A stretch of 63,713 nucleotides of DNA, filler included, from Kipferlia bialata (lineage: Eukaryota): assembly GCA_003568945.1 (NCBI GenBank). It is 3 parts of 3 records of this genome, joined end to end, with 100 filler letters (N's around TTAATTAATTAA, not from the genome) between each part and the next. Parts side by side here need not be neighbours in the genome. Positions count along the whole stretch, not along the records: positions 48,342 to 63,713 come from BDIP01000256.1; 2 more parts are not named here. One strand, given 5' to 3'. Shown here piece after piece: positions 49,476 through 62,349 of the stretch. Within the stretch, counting starts at the first letter, position 1, and each line of letters starts with the position of its first letter. Position numbers and translations under genes: made by a program. Under the pieces are notes generated by a model. That model searched no databases. It saw nothing but the letters and a program-made list of their open reading frames with translations, and was not told the origin of the DNA.

Positions 49476-52400
49476 ATGTCACTGGGTGGCCTTATCGTGT
49501 CGCTGGCTGTCCTGCTGGCTCTACTGGGAGGCTCGGTGGCACTGGGAGCGGACAGGGACTGTACACAGGACGACCTTGTCCAGGTATGTGCCACAGTAAT
49601 GATGGAGTCGATCATGTCATGTCTGTTCAGGTTGCAGTATGTTATATACATCCCACGTGGAGTACAGAGCCATCGTGGGTTATATATGAATGTATACTGG
49701 ACTCTCTGTTACCAGAACCAAGTACGCAGTTGTATTGATTCTCCATACACCTCTACCCTCAGTATGTCACTGCATGTGAGGAGGGCCAGCAGTACATCAT
49801 CTACGCCATCCCCTCTGCCGCAGAGTGCGTGGAGGGGGAAGGCTTTGTGGTGCCTCCCCCGGTTGGGGTGGAGTGTGGTATGAGGTATCAGTGTTACGTT
49901 GTCATATAGCTAGGGACCCAGACTGACCCTGACACCAGGTGTGACCCAGGTACGTACATTGACACGAGGGAGGGGGACCTGGCCGCAGAGGCTGTGTGCA
50001 CCCCTTGTGAGGGAGACGAGACGTCCATTGGGGGGGGTGATGTCTATGACTTCACCAAGCTGACCTCACTGCCACTGGGCTTCAACACACTCTGCTCCCC
50101 AGGTATCGACTGTATATATATGCAAATGCCACACCATGGGTCTGGTCCCTCTCTCTCCCCCTCTCTCCCCCTCTCTGTTACTTCCTTACTTGGTCTCCAC
50201 TCCATGTCCCTTACCCTAGATGAGACCCTCCCCGAGGGTGCCTCAGGGTGTGGGGAGGGCTGGTCTGTCCAGGACGGGTCTCTCGAGTGCACAGGCACAG
50301 GTATCAGTGTCAGCGCGTGTCTATGCTCTGTATCATACCCTACGTATGGTACTGTCCCCGTCACGCACTCACCCCAGGCCTTGGCTACACCTCCTCCATC
50401 TACTGGACTGCTCTCTTCCTGGTCAATGGAGAGCTCAGGGTGGACTTCCGCACCCTGGCAACGCCCTTGCTGGACCTTCTGGAGGTGCGTGGATTCCCTG
50501 GTGCTGGTTCTCCCTCTCTCTCTCTCTGTGTCCCTTCTGACCCCAGGTCCGTATCAACGGCGTCCTACTCGACAGCCTGTCCAGCGGGGCAGACGTCGGA
50601 GACAGCATAGAGGAGGTATCCACAGACACTATATACACAATGTGTATTACACATGTCCCCGCCCTCCACCCACCCCAGGTGGACTGGACCCGTGCCACCT
50701 ACCCCGTGCCCCCTGGCAAGCACCGCATCGGTCTGTCCTATGCGAATGAGTCAGTGGGGGACCTGCCAGAGCACGACGTCCAGATCAGACGCATAGAGAC
50801 ATACGGCACAGAGGCCCTGCCGGATAGATGCGGGCTGTGCCCCGCAGGCACATCCCCAGACCTAGCCCCCGAGACAGGGCCCGAGGAGGGGGTGGTCTAC
50901 ACGGGTAGCTGCACCCTCTGTCCCAGAGACACCTACTCACTCACGGGGGCTGAGTGTGTGCCGTGTGGAGATGACCAGTACGCACCGGTCGGGTCCAAGC
51001 AGTGCCTAGACAGGTATGTGGGTGTATGTTTATGCTATAGCGTGTGGGTTCGTACAATGATGCAGCTATTGTATCATTTCCCCACCATCAATATAACTCC
51101 CACCCCTAGGCTGGTGCCCTGCACCTCTGATGACTTCACCCCTGTGTATGGGGCATGTACTGAGGGACCAGTGGCATATGTGGGAGAGAGGCACGTGGAG
51201 GGCTTCGTCCCAGTGTTCCCTGTTGTGTGTGATGTCGATGCATACACACACCCTGCCCTGCCCTCAGTGCCATGTTCACTGTGTGAGGGCACACACGTAT
51301 ACGACAGAGAGGCCGGGGAGTGCGTCGAGTGTGAGGCAGGTGGGTCAACCAGGAGTATACCTGAAATGTTTTTTTACACGGTGTGAGCCCATTTCTCTAT
51401 ACCACCTTCGTTCGCTCACCACCCAGGCCAGTTTGGCAACCAGGATACCCACCTGTGCGAGTGGTGTCTGCCAGGCACTGCGGCTATGCCCCTAGTAGCC
51501 TACGAGGCCCTGCCCGCCTTCCCGGACACCTTCACGTCCCAGGTCTCTGACGAGGATGACCTAGGATGGTACATGGGGGGGGAGGGAGAGATTGTGTGTG
51601 GACCGATCCACAGGTGGGGGTTGGTGTGGATGTATCCCTGTTACTCACTGTTGTCTCTTAATACTATACTATAACCCCCCTCCCCTCCCTAATGATGCAG
51701 GAGTGGTCAGTATGCCTCCCTTAGCATCGATGTCCCAGCTGGGTCCACCTCTGTGGCCATCGACATAGACACAAGGTGCCCGGTGGGGGACCCAGACGTG
51801 GTGGCCCAGTGCAATGTCAACCTGGGTGGGTGCTGATGATATGGATGTGGATTTGGATGTGGGTTGATGACCATACCCCCCCCCCCCCCCTCCCCTCACC
51901 GCCAGGTGTCTCTGTACTGTTGAGTGGCCTCCAGCCCATAGCTGTGGTGGCTGCCAATGCCGTCTCCACCGTGACCACCCCTGTGTCCACCAAGAACAGA
52001 CACACCCTGACAGTCAGGGTGGCCAAGATCGGCTCAGATATGCAGGGTACGGTGGGGGCGGGTATCGGCTCTCTATACTCTTATGCTCTTCTGACACAGG
52101 TACCGATGGAGACAAGATACTCGATATGGTCGTGTCCGTTGGAAAGGTGCGTTGCCGATGGATATGGTGTTGTATGGTATAATATAGTGTAATATTCCCT
52201 GGCCTGTGTAAGCCTTTGATATCTACCCCCCAGGTTCTGATATATGGTGGTCAGAGTGTGGAGTGGCCTGGGGACCGGTGCACCACCTGTCTGCCAGGGA
52301 CGTACTCCTACGTAGATGCCACCCTTGAGTACATGGCACAGCACGCACCCTATACAGTGACCGAGATTGGTGACACCTCTGTCTCTGCCACCCAAACGGG

Positions 52401-53865
52401 GTCCAGCCTATGTAGATCATGCCCCAGTGGGTACTTCAGCAATGCCACTACGGGGACAGAGACATGTGAGCAGTGCGAGATCAACACAGTGGCCCCGTTC
52501 CTAGGGCAGGAGGGGTGAGGATAGGACTTCTCATTTCGTATCTCATCCTACCCCTCACCCCCCAGGTGTGTAGAGTGCCCAGCCTTCAGCTCCAGTGACG
52601 ACGGTGTCTTCTGTGAGAGTGTGACTGAGTTTGAGATGGAGGACGGCATGTCATTCAACGTCACAGGCCTCAAGGACCTCGGTGGGTGCCTATATGTATA
52701 GGACAGTGCATATGCTATGTCGTCTCTAATATACTACTAATATGTCCCCCTCACCCCTAGGCATGTTTGGACCTGTCAAGGATGACACTGATATGAAGTA
52801 CTATGTCTCCATCGGCCACAACTCAGACGCTGCCTCTCCCTGCAATGCAGGCAGAAGGGACCTCACGGAGGTGGGAGGCCAGCTCTCTACCCAACCCCCC
52901 CCCCCATCCTCCCCTTCCTCACCCCAGGCCATGGCGTGTCAGGTCGAGCCCCTCTCCCTGGGGCCCTACTCTGCCGTCACCCTGCGCCCCACCGTACACT
53001 CCACTGGCAACATGATGACATTCACGAGACCGGAGGGGGCAGAGCCCGGGGTGGACGTGACACTGTGGGGAGGTATGCATGCAGAGATAGTAGTGTATAT
53101 GTCTGTATGCGTCTCCCCGAGCCCTGACCCCAGGCGACCTTTGTGCCCACAACCAGCCCAGACAGACCCTGATCCACCTCCTGTGTGACCTCACTATGGG
53201 CACCGGCACCCCACAGGCAGGGGCTGGGCCATCGGAAGACGGGTCCTCCCTGGTGGAGACTGCGCCCTGTCTGTACGAGTTCTACTGGCGGTCAGTGTAC
53301 GGGTGCAGAACCTGCACGCCTGAGGACTATATAGTGACAGTGTCAGAGTGTGTGGCAGGTACTGCTTTGCATTGATTATATCACACCTTAGTTCATAAGG
53401 TCTAATACCCCAATCACTCTCTAGCCCACCCACCGCCAGGTCTTCAGACAGTCACCACCCAGTGGAACGAGGACTCTGTCCTACAGCCCAACGGACACTG
53501 CAACAGGTGGCTTAATCTGTCAGACTGTCTATCGTAATAATTAACCTAACCTCAGGTTCGCGTCCCCCCTCCCCGCCCCCTTCACCCAGTCCTGCAGCAA
53601 TGGGCCGGACCCCGTTGCCCTCTACATCTGCCTAGCCATCATCGCCATGTGCGTCGTGGCCCTGGTCTGTCTCCTCAGGCAGTACTCTCTGCTCAGACGG
53701 GACATCCTCTCGGGTGAGCAGGACTCTGCGCTGGTCGATGGCAACCAGAGCTCAGAGCGGTCCCCCCTTAGAAGGAAGGCCTCCATAGGACAGTCTCCAC
53801 AGTACGCCACAGGGAGTCCCAGCCTGCCAGAGCTACAGCCCAGGCTGGGGTCGGGGGACCTGTGA
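49476..53865 (+). CDS. ELAPOR/KIAA1324 (UPF0577)-like Cys-rich type I membrane protein
   Basis: Signal peptide, then CTQDDLVQ|YVTAC, CDPGTYID...CTPCEG..TSIGGG..YDF....LPLGF, CPAGT, CPRDTYS, CTSDDFTPVYGAC and CPSGYF, then TM ALYICLAIIAMCVVALVCLL. The Cys pattern matches ELAPOR proteins. Confidence 0.75.
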
Positions 53866-54055
53866 GGAGCCCTGTTTGACAATTGATTGATGGGTTTTGG
53901 TAGTATTGATTTCTTTGGCTTTGAATTGTTAGTTCTTTTGTAGTAACTGTAAGTAAATTGTAATGCATGTATTGCTTATGCTCGACAGTGTAGTGAGAAT
54001 TGTGGGAGAACACCCATTGTTACAACTGGACCAGGCCTAGTACTCCCAGCATTTA

Positions 54056-55053
54056 CTAGCAGCCCACCCCCCCTGGCATGGGAGACATGGGAGGGGGGGA
54101 GTGGGAGGGGAGGTCGAGGTAGGCCTCTACCAGATAGGGGTCGGCAGAGGCAGGCCGGGACTGGGGTGCACCCCCGACTATGACGTGGGAGGTGGACACG
54201 GGGTAGTGATCACTGTTGATATGGCCATGGGCCTCCCCCCCTACAACCGCGTTGCCCCCCACACCTCCTTCACTGACATCCCCTACCACACTCACCCCCT
54301 CCCCCACATCCGTGTTACCAGGGGTGGCTGCTATCTCTATCGAGGTCTTAGTCTTCCTCCCCTTACACTTAGTGAGGACCACCCCCAACACCCCCGCCAG
54401 CACTAACACCCCACATCCAATGCATACCACAAGCACTATCGACTCCTCCTCGGGGTAGCTGGTGCTAGAGTAGGCACACCTGAACCCTTCATAGTCATTC
54501 CCGTCCCTATCAGTGTCGAATATGATGTAGGCGCAGTTGTATCCCCCTTCAGAGAACTCCATAGCCTCAGACAGAGACAGAGTACCAGTATAACGCCCTA
54601 TGTACTCTTGGGGTTAGAGAGGCACACATACTTGTGTCAATACATATATAGAACATGCAACTGCAGTACCTTCATCCCCTGAGTCTGAGGGCAGTCCTTC
54701 CGAGCACTTGTCTCTGTACAGTCTGAGGTAGTCGTATGTGTCCTCCAGATACCCTGTGCAGGCCAGGTCAACCGTGAGGAGGCGGGCAGGGTGGATGACA
54801 TACGTGTCATACCTGGGGTGGGTGGAGGAAGCTGTACGGAGCCGGTATGTGACTCAGCAGATATATATATAGATGAGTTGGGCCGAGAGATAGAGAGACA
54901 GAATGAGGTGAGTTACTGCACTTACATTGTGCTCTCATATACTGTGCTATTGAACGTTCCGACTGCAGTCTCAAGGTGGAAAACCTCACATAGTACAGAG
55001 GATGCCAGTATCAGCAGCACCAAGGAGCTGGTCCCTGTGGGTGTCAGAGACAT
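54056..55053 (-). CDS. Hypothetical single-pass membrane protein (3 exons)
   Basis: Signal peptide MSLTPTGTSSLVLLILASSVLC, and TM IVLVVCIGCGVLVLAGVLGVVL followed by basic TKCKGRK. Confidence 0.65.
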
Positions 55054-55240
55054 GCCTATTATGATACATATATATACATATGCCAGAACCATTACCGTTT
55101 CACGATGGTGGGTACCTTGAAGAGACATAGAGCAGACTGGGCACTAGGTCAGAGTCTCTCGGAGGAAGTTGAAGAGTTGAGTTGCGGGAAATGGCAAATA
55201 TTGACTGATCGCATGCTTGGAAACCACATCAAGGTAGAAA

Positions 55241-55901
55241 ATGGAGAAATGGACGATGACGGTAAATGTGTTCGCTACACCCTCAAGTCTTTTTTAACCT
55301 GAAAGTGGACTGTGTCCTCTCTCAGCTGCTGAGTCAGCAGCCTTCTCCCCCCATTTACCACAAGGTAGAGCCGTCCAATAGCCGCAACGCCAAGTTAGAG
55401 TGCAAGACGAAGTGCTGCTCTTGGATATATATTCCTGGGAGCGGCACTCTGCTGTATCCAGTTAACAGCAGTCCAAAGAGAGCGACCCTAGTCAATCCCA
55501 ATGGGAAGTGAGGAAGAGGGGAGTCGTGAGGGGGAGGCACACAGTGAGGGTGTAGCAGATACCGTAGAAGCCACAGAGAATGTTGCCAGTGACGTTGCTG
55601 AGTGTGTTGGTGCCCTCCCCCCTAGTCTGAGTGTGCCCAGTATCACCTTGAGTGTCGATGGACCCCCACCCAACAGCATGGCCCGGTACGTGATACCGGC
55701 ATTTGGAGAAGGTGCTGATGTGGGAAGTGACTCAGAATGCTCTGACTGTGATGCTAGCCCAGAGGTGGTGCAGGGGGAGACACTCTCTACCGCTCTCACC
55801 CAGATGTCACCCACCTCCAGTGCTCAGCTGGGAGGGTCTAGTATGGGTGAGTGGGGTGTAATTGGGTGTCTGGATGTGTCTCAGTGAGTCTTCATTCTCA
55901 T

Positions 55902-55954
<53 letters not shown>

Positions 55955-58900
55955 TCCGCCTATATTTCGACTCACACTAATTAATATCTAATGTATATTT
56001 AGGTCTCTAATGTCAGGCCAAGTTGGTGGCACCTCTCTCTCTGGCACCAAGACAGAGGGAGGCGACGCTCCCCTCAGCCTGCCCTTGGTACCCAACCGGT
56101 ATACCAGGATGAGCCAGCCACTACACGAGGCAGCGGCCAAGGTGAGACACTATATGTATGAATATATGTATTCACATGAATTGTATTCGCTGATCTCTCC
56201 TCTATCGCTTCTTACCCTCAGGCTGATTCGACCACCCTCTCCGATCTCCTGTCCAAGGGATACAACCCATTCGCCAGGTGAGTGACATCCGAATCTCAGG
56301 AATACGTGTGGGTATAATTGTGACTGATACCCTCCGTCTCCACCTCTCTCTCTCTCTCTATCTCCCTTACCCTTAGGGACTCCTCCAACCGCACTGCCCT
56401 CCACTGTCTACTGCAGTCCAAGCTAGGGGGCAGTGACTCTGCCATGGCCTCTGCCCTACTAGATGAGATGGCTAGGGTGGCAGACAGACTGTTCGCAGGG
56501 TCTAAGGTGGGGAACTATGCCAAGATGTATAAGTATTCTTTGGCGCGCACAACTCCTTTCCTCACCCCAGGTCGAGGATGATGGCTGGCGGGACCTTGCC
56601 CCTGTATCTCTCCTCAAGACCCAGCCCCCCCTCCCCTCCCACTCTTCCTGTGGCATGAGGGGTGTGGGAGGGGTCGGGGTGGTGGCTGGGATGACTCTAG
56701 ATGAGCCTAACGGGGCTGTGGGTCTAGGCGGGTTCTCGAAGCTGGTACCAGTCCCCCCTAGTGTCGATACCACTTCACATGGCACCCAGATGGACATTGA
56801 TATGGGTATGGAGACCGGAGGCAAGAAGCACACCTTCGCGGACCTCCATGCCACTACATACAACCAGTCTGGTAGTATGGCTTCCCTTCCTGTCTCTGGT
56901 ATGGTCTCTGCCATGCCAGGTCCCCCCATGGGTACTCTCTCCCATACTGCCATGGGGGGTGCTTCCCACACTGCTATGGGAGGTGGCATGGGTGGAGTGG
57001 GTCAGATGCAGCAGTCCCTAGGAGTGCCTAGACAGACCTTCCCCCAGTATCAGCAGTCCCTCCCTATGCACCCCATGGGTCAGAGGGTGGGCATGGGTAT
57101 GGGAGGGCCGATGCAGACCCACATGGGTGACATGGGTGATGGATCTCTCAGTGGCCCTATGGGTGGGGTGGCTAGTGGGGCTGTGGGCCTCCCTGTGACC
57201 CCTGTCCCTGCCTCACTTGTCAGCCGCATCATAGACGCTCTGCCGCTCAGGTACCAATGACTACTCTCTTCACATATCTCGTTGCGTAAACTCTCTCTCA
57301 CCCCTCAGGGATTCTCTCGCTGTGTGTGGGGTGGACAAGGCTCTACAGAAGGTGTCAACTGAGTCTCTGGCCAGGCGTGATGTCCTAGACTTCAGCGACA
57401 CACCTCATGTCTCCAGTGCATCCATACTCAACCTGTGCTCCATGTGCCCACAGTGCAGGGTGGTGGTGCTGGATGGCTGTGTCAACCTGGATGACAGCAC
57501 GGCGCTGAAGGTCATAAGGTGGGGGAGAGGCACTCGCTACTTGTGTTCCACACTCTGGATATACATACATATTACTTAACCTATTGTTATATATACTTTG
57601 ATTGATATATATACTTTCATCGTCTGACCCCAGGCTGTTGGAGACTGTGCAGGAGATATCCCTCTGCCACACCCCAGTGACACCCTCTCTCATCAGACCC
57701 CTTGTGGAGGAGCTCACAAAGAGGGTGCGCGTCACGCCTGTGCGTAGACTGGCCATAGTGGGTACGTGCATGTTAACATATATATATCATATGTACTGGA
57801 TATGTGTACTTACCGCCAGGCACTGAGCTGGTCCACCCCCTCATGTTCACTGCCCTTCGCGCCTCGCCCGTCCTCCCCCTCCTTGACTGTCTAGACATTG
57901 AGTTTGTGGGGTGGGGGGGTAGCATGCACGACGAGCGTGGGCCTTCCTACAACGCCTCTGTCTCTGTGGCCAAGGAGGGAGAGATAGAGAGAGCCATGGC
58001 GAGGGAGCGCCGCAGCTGCATCCCCTTCCCTGCCCCTGCCTCTATCGATAGATGCAGGGCCACATTCCATCCAGGTTGGTATCAGTATACATATATATAT
58101 TGATGTATATTCTTGTTAGTATCAGTATGCGTATGAGTAGGAGTGTGATATATACCTCTTCCTGGTATATTGGATCCTCACCTCCAGTCCCTCTCAGTGC
58201 CAACTCCCTCCGGTCCCCATCTGGCAAGGACACCCAGTCCCCCACCACCCCCACCCCGCTACCACCGCAGCCAGATGCACATGCATACCCAAAGTTCGGA
58301 CAGCTCTTTAGCAGGTATGAATCAAAGTGCTGACCAAATCTACCTTTCTGATTTATGAGACACGTATGTAGATGCGTCTCACCCTCTCAGATACGCTGGG
58401 TGCCGTGATGTGGCAGATCTCGAGGACAGGATAGGGTGCACTCAGACTGTGTCTGGGGCTGACCACTCTGCCTCTCTCTCCCTGCCTCTCCACACCCTGC
58501 CACCCCATATACGTGTGGATAGCACTATGGGGCAGACAGGGGCTAGCCCCTCCACCTCTGGCCTCTCTGACCAGGGCACTGTGGAGTCACTGGCACAGGC
58601 CATGCTGAGGTGGGTGGAGACATCAATAGTGAAGGGAGCAGAGTACTTGGTAGAGTATATCAGTGCAGTAGTTCATTTATACTGGCACAGGCCATGCTGA
58701 GGTGGGTAGAGACACCAGTAGTGTAAGGGATTTGGTAATATGCGTACGGTAGTATGTGTATTCTCTGATCAATGACTCACTCTGTAGGACTGTCCCCTCC
58801 TGCCGCAAGTGCAGCCTGGGTGTGCTTCTGCCCTCCTCCGCCCTGGCCCAGAGGTCCCACCCCGTCACTGCTGCTGTGCTGGCAGACACTGTACACCCAG

Positions 58901-61493
58901 TGTCAGTGAGAGAGAGAGTCACGCTATACGGCAGGTATATACGCGTTATCGTATGTGTATTATTTCCCACCACTCTCCTCATACCTCCAGTGCGTGCACC
59001 AGTCTGCAGATTGTCCACCGCAACGCCCCCAGCCTCACACACGTGGCCCTGATACAGGTATGGGGTAGTATTGTCAGAATCAGGGGGTGGATGGTATTTA
59101 TAGACAGAACGTGAATGTATGTAGCCTGTACAGTGATATCCCACTCATTCCAGGTCCCTACCGTTGGTGGTACCACCATTGAGAACATCCTCAAGACATG
59201 CCCAAGGCTCACACACCTCCGGTACGTAGTAATCACACTTAACACACACAAGATTATAGTACGTATGCCTTTCTATCCCAATCTGCCTCTGACCCCAGTG
59301 TCGAGGGTGGGAATGCCATCCCCGGCATATTCAAGAACATTGTGTGCCCCACCCTGCGGTCTCTCTCTCTCTCCATGTGCCCCTGGCTCGGCTGCTCCCC
59401 CTCTCTCTCCACAAGCACCTTGAGTATATACCCCTCTGGGCAGGACCCCAACCAGAGTATGCAGGGTGGATACATGATGCACCGCAACGGTATGAGGGTG
59501 GATAAGCGGCGGGATAGGCTCCCGAACCAGTACCTGGCCCTGAGTGCCCTGCTGCAGTGCTGTCCCAACCTCACAGAGCTCAGGCTACACGGAGTGCAGG
59601 TGAGTGGTATGCCTGAAGATCATCTCCTCGTGTCAATTGTTCGTGACTCACACTCAGGACGTACGTGCTATCTCCCGCCTCCCTGCTCTCTCCTCCCTGT
59701 CGGTCTCCTTCCCTGACATGCCCAACGCCCCTTGCCATGCCCTGCCCCCCATCTCCTTTGGGGTGCTACCACACACACGGTCTCTGGAGCTGTCCAACCT
59801 CAGTCTCGTAGGGGTGTCCCCACTCACAAGGTAAGGGACATACATCATATAGCCTAAGTCACACTCTTGCTCTCCTCACGTCTCTTGTATCTCTGTCTCA
59901 CCTTTATTTATTTTTTATTATTCATTTATTATCTCACTCCCAGGACCTCCCATCCCACTCTTAGGAGTCTGACACTGAGGAATGTAAAGGCACAGGAGCT
60001 AGGTATGTGTCTCTATATTTACTGACTTGGTCTCAATAGGATGGTGAATTGAACAGTGACCACCTATGTATTGTTCCGTGCCTCACCCCCAGAGATTAGA
60101 CACGGCGCTCTGAGTAGCCTGACTGTGCAGATGTGCCCTACCATGAGCAGGTACGATAACACTGATATCTGCATCCTAAGGTGTATCACACTGAGGTTGC
60201 AATATACCTGTTTGATGTCTTTCTCACCCCCAGAGTATCTCTCTCCTGCCCCTCCCTCCTTAGTGTCTCTGTGTCTGGGTGTCCCCGACTGAGTGACATG
60301 GCCCTCATGGCAGCACCCTCTCTACACACGCTGGAGATGGACACACTCCCTGCACTCGGTATGTGTATGTATAGATACATGATAGTAGTGATACTACTCT
60401 AGTCTCCTCACCCTTGCAGGCGCCCTCTCTCTGACCCCCCTCCCCCCTCGCGTTGCTGCTCTAGAGAGATACCAGAGACTGCTGGGTGCCTCACATACCG
60501 TTCTTCTCCCTGGTCTGTCCCGCCTTAGCCTTGTGTCCTGTCCTAGACTATCCAGTGCGTCAGTGGCTAAGGTGGTGGGTGCGACATCCCACCTCACCCA
60601 TCTGTGCCTCAGAGAGACCAGGTAGGGAGGGTATATTGATGAGCATATTATGTACTGTGGCTATGTCTGTCTTTGTTTACCTCTCCCACCTCTCTCACCC
60701 CCTAGAGTGAGAGCTGAGGACCTGTCACAGATGCCCATGCCTGACCTTGCATCCCTCACATACACGGGTGGCAGAGGTACCTATAACTGTGTGGCATCAT
60801 CTATGATACTATACAGTCACTCTGCCTCCCCTCCTGACCCCAGGTGTTGACTGTGACTCTTCCTTGGCCTTTGTCCTGTCAAGCATCCGCCGTCTGTCCT
60901 CTCTCTCTCTCAGGGAGACTGAGATTGGCGCCCAGACCCTCTCTGCCCTCCTCCAGAAGCATGCCCCCTCCCTCGCCTCCATCGACATTGGGTCATGCTC
61001 TACCATGGCGGCAGGTCCCTTGGCAGAGCTTGTACTCGGAGCAGACAAGGCCCTAAGGCGGCTGATTCTCCCCTTGCCCACTGACTACACTGCTGGTGAT
61101 GGTGACCATGCCACACAATCCTTGGTTAAGGCAGTTACTGGTGCACTGCCTCACCTCGACTACCTCAGTGTCACTACATCCCAGGGCGCCACCAGATACT
61201 CTCTGTTCAGGCCATACGGGTCTGTGCCTGGGGTAGATACTCAGGCAGAGCATGCACTGCGTACCATAGTACACGAGGCAGCCACCCGGACACCCTCTGC
61301 ACCCACACCCCCTGAGACAGACAAGGGGGAGAGGGAGAGAGAGAGAGAGACTGAGGCAGAGGGGAGGTCAAGGGGCTGGGGTCCTGACCCTAGTGGTGCC
61401 TTCCCCGCACCCCCTGCCCCCAGGGCCAAGAGGGGCATGGGGCCACCTCCATTGGTAGGGGCAGACACCAAGGCTACGCTGGGTCAGCCATGA
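55241..61493 (+). CDS. Ankyrin repeat + F-box + LRR protein (FBXL-like), many exons
   Basis: Ankyrin: PLHEAAAK|ADSTTLSDLLSKGYNPFAR|DSSNRTALH. F-box: VPASLVSRIIDALPLR|DSLAVCGVDK. LRRs: CPQCRVVVLDGCVNLDD, CPNLTELRLHG, CPSLLSVSVSGCPRLSD. Confidence 0.72.
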
Positions 61494-61708
61494 GTGTTGT
61501 GTCGTGTGTGAAGAGTGATTGTGTGTTTCTATATGAAGTTCGGTACTTGTTTTCGTGTTTCAATGTCGAGAGTGTATGTTTACCTCTCCTGTACGTCAGC
61601 GGTGCATTGGTGTGTCTTTGTACACAGTGAATAGATGCATGGAAGTGTATAAGGCTAGATGTGGGGTATATACTTGTGGACCAATATGTATCTATTGTGT
61701 TGTGAGAG

Positions 61709-62011
61709 TCATCTGTTTCTCTTGGATCGGCGGTCCACTGCCTCCTGGAACTGTCTCGCCATTTCGGCCTGCTCCTGATACGCTGGGATGGCAATCTTCA
61801 CCTTCTCCTCCTCGGACAAGGCCAGGAACTCTTCCTTGTGCGTGATCATCCAGTGCAGATGGGGGAAGCTGGGGTGAAAGAGTAGTAGTGCTTGAGATAC
61901 CAACAACTGCTCGCATACAACATACCACATATGATACACTCACCGCTTTGACCCTTCCTCCTCAGAGGTGTCCTGGTTGTTGGGAGTATGCTTCTCGGAT
62001 GGATCCCTCAT
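61709..62011 (-). CDS. Small hypothetical protein (about 75 aa, 2 exons)
   Basis: MRDPSEKH...GSKR|FPHLHW...LSEEEK...RNR* joined by a GTGAGT..TTCACCCCAG intron. Confidence 0.55.
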
Positions 62012-62349
62012 TGTTGGAGACCGGTGAAGAGGAGGCTATAGGTAGTCAGTGTTTTTGCTCCCGCCCCTCTGATCATCAATCCGGATAGAAACCGGAGATT
62101 GAGGGTTCATTAATGAAAGACTTTACTCTCTATCACTCCACAACACTCAGCTGTTCAACTTGAGCACACCATAACTCAGAAGCAGAATATATTCCACCAC
62201 AGACACAACACAGCCCGATTGAGCGACACCACACATTACAAAGAAAACCGTAATAGTACACAAACATATTATGACACTTGCACAAGAACCCATTCTCTCA
62301 AAACACTAGAGAGATCATTCAAACCTCGTCTTGCGTGTCCCTGGCCGCC

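Noticed and set aside
52851..52928. GC-AG intron in the ELAPOR-like gene
   Set aside because: A canonical in-frame GAG|GTGGGA donor lies 20 nt downstream.
61709..61870. HMG-box
   Set aside because: Only LSEEEK...Y.E.A resembles helix 3; the N-terminal HMG motif is missing.
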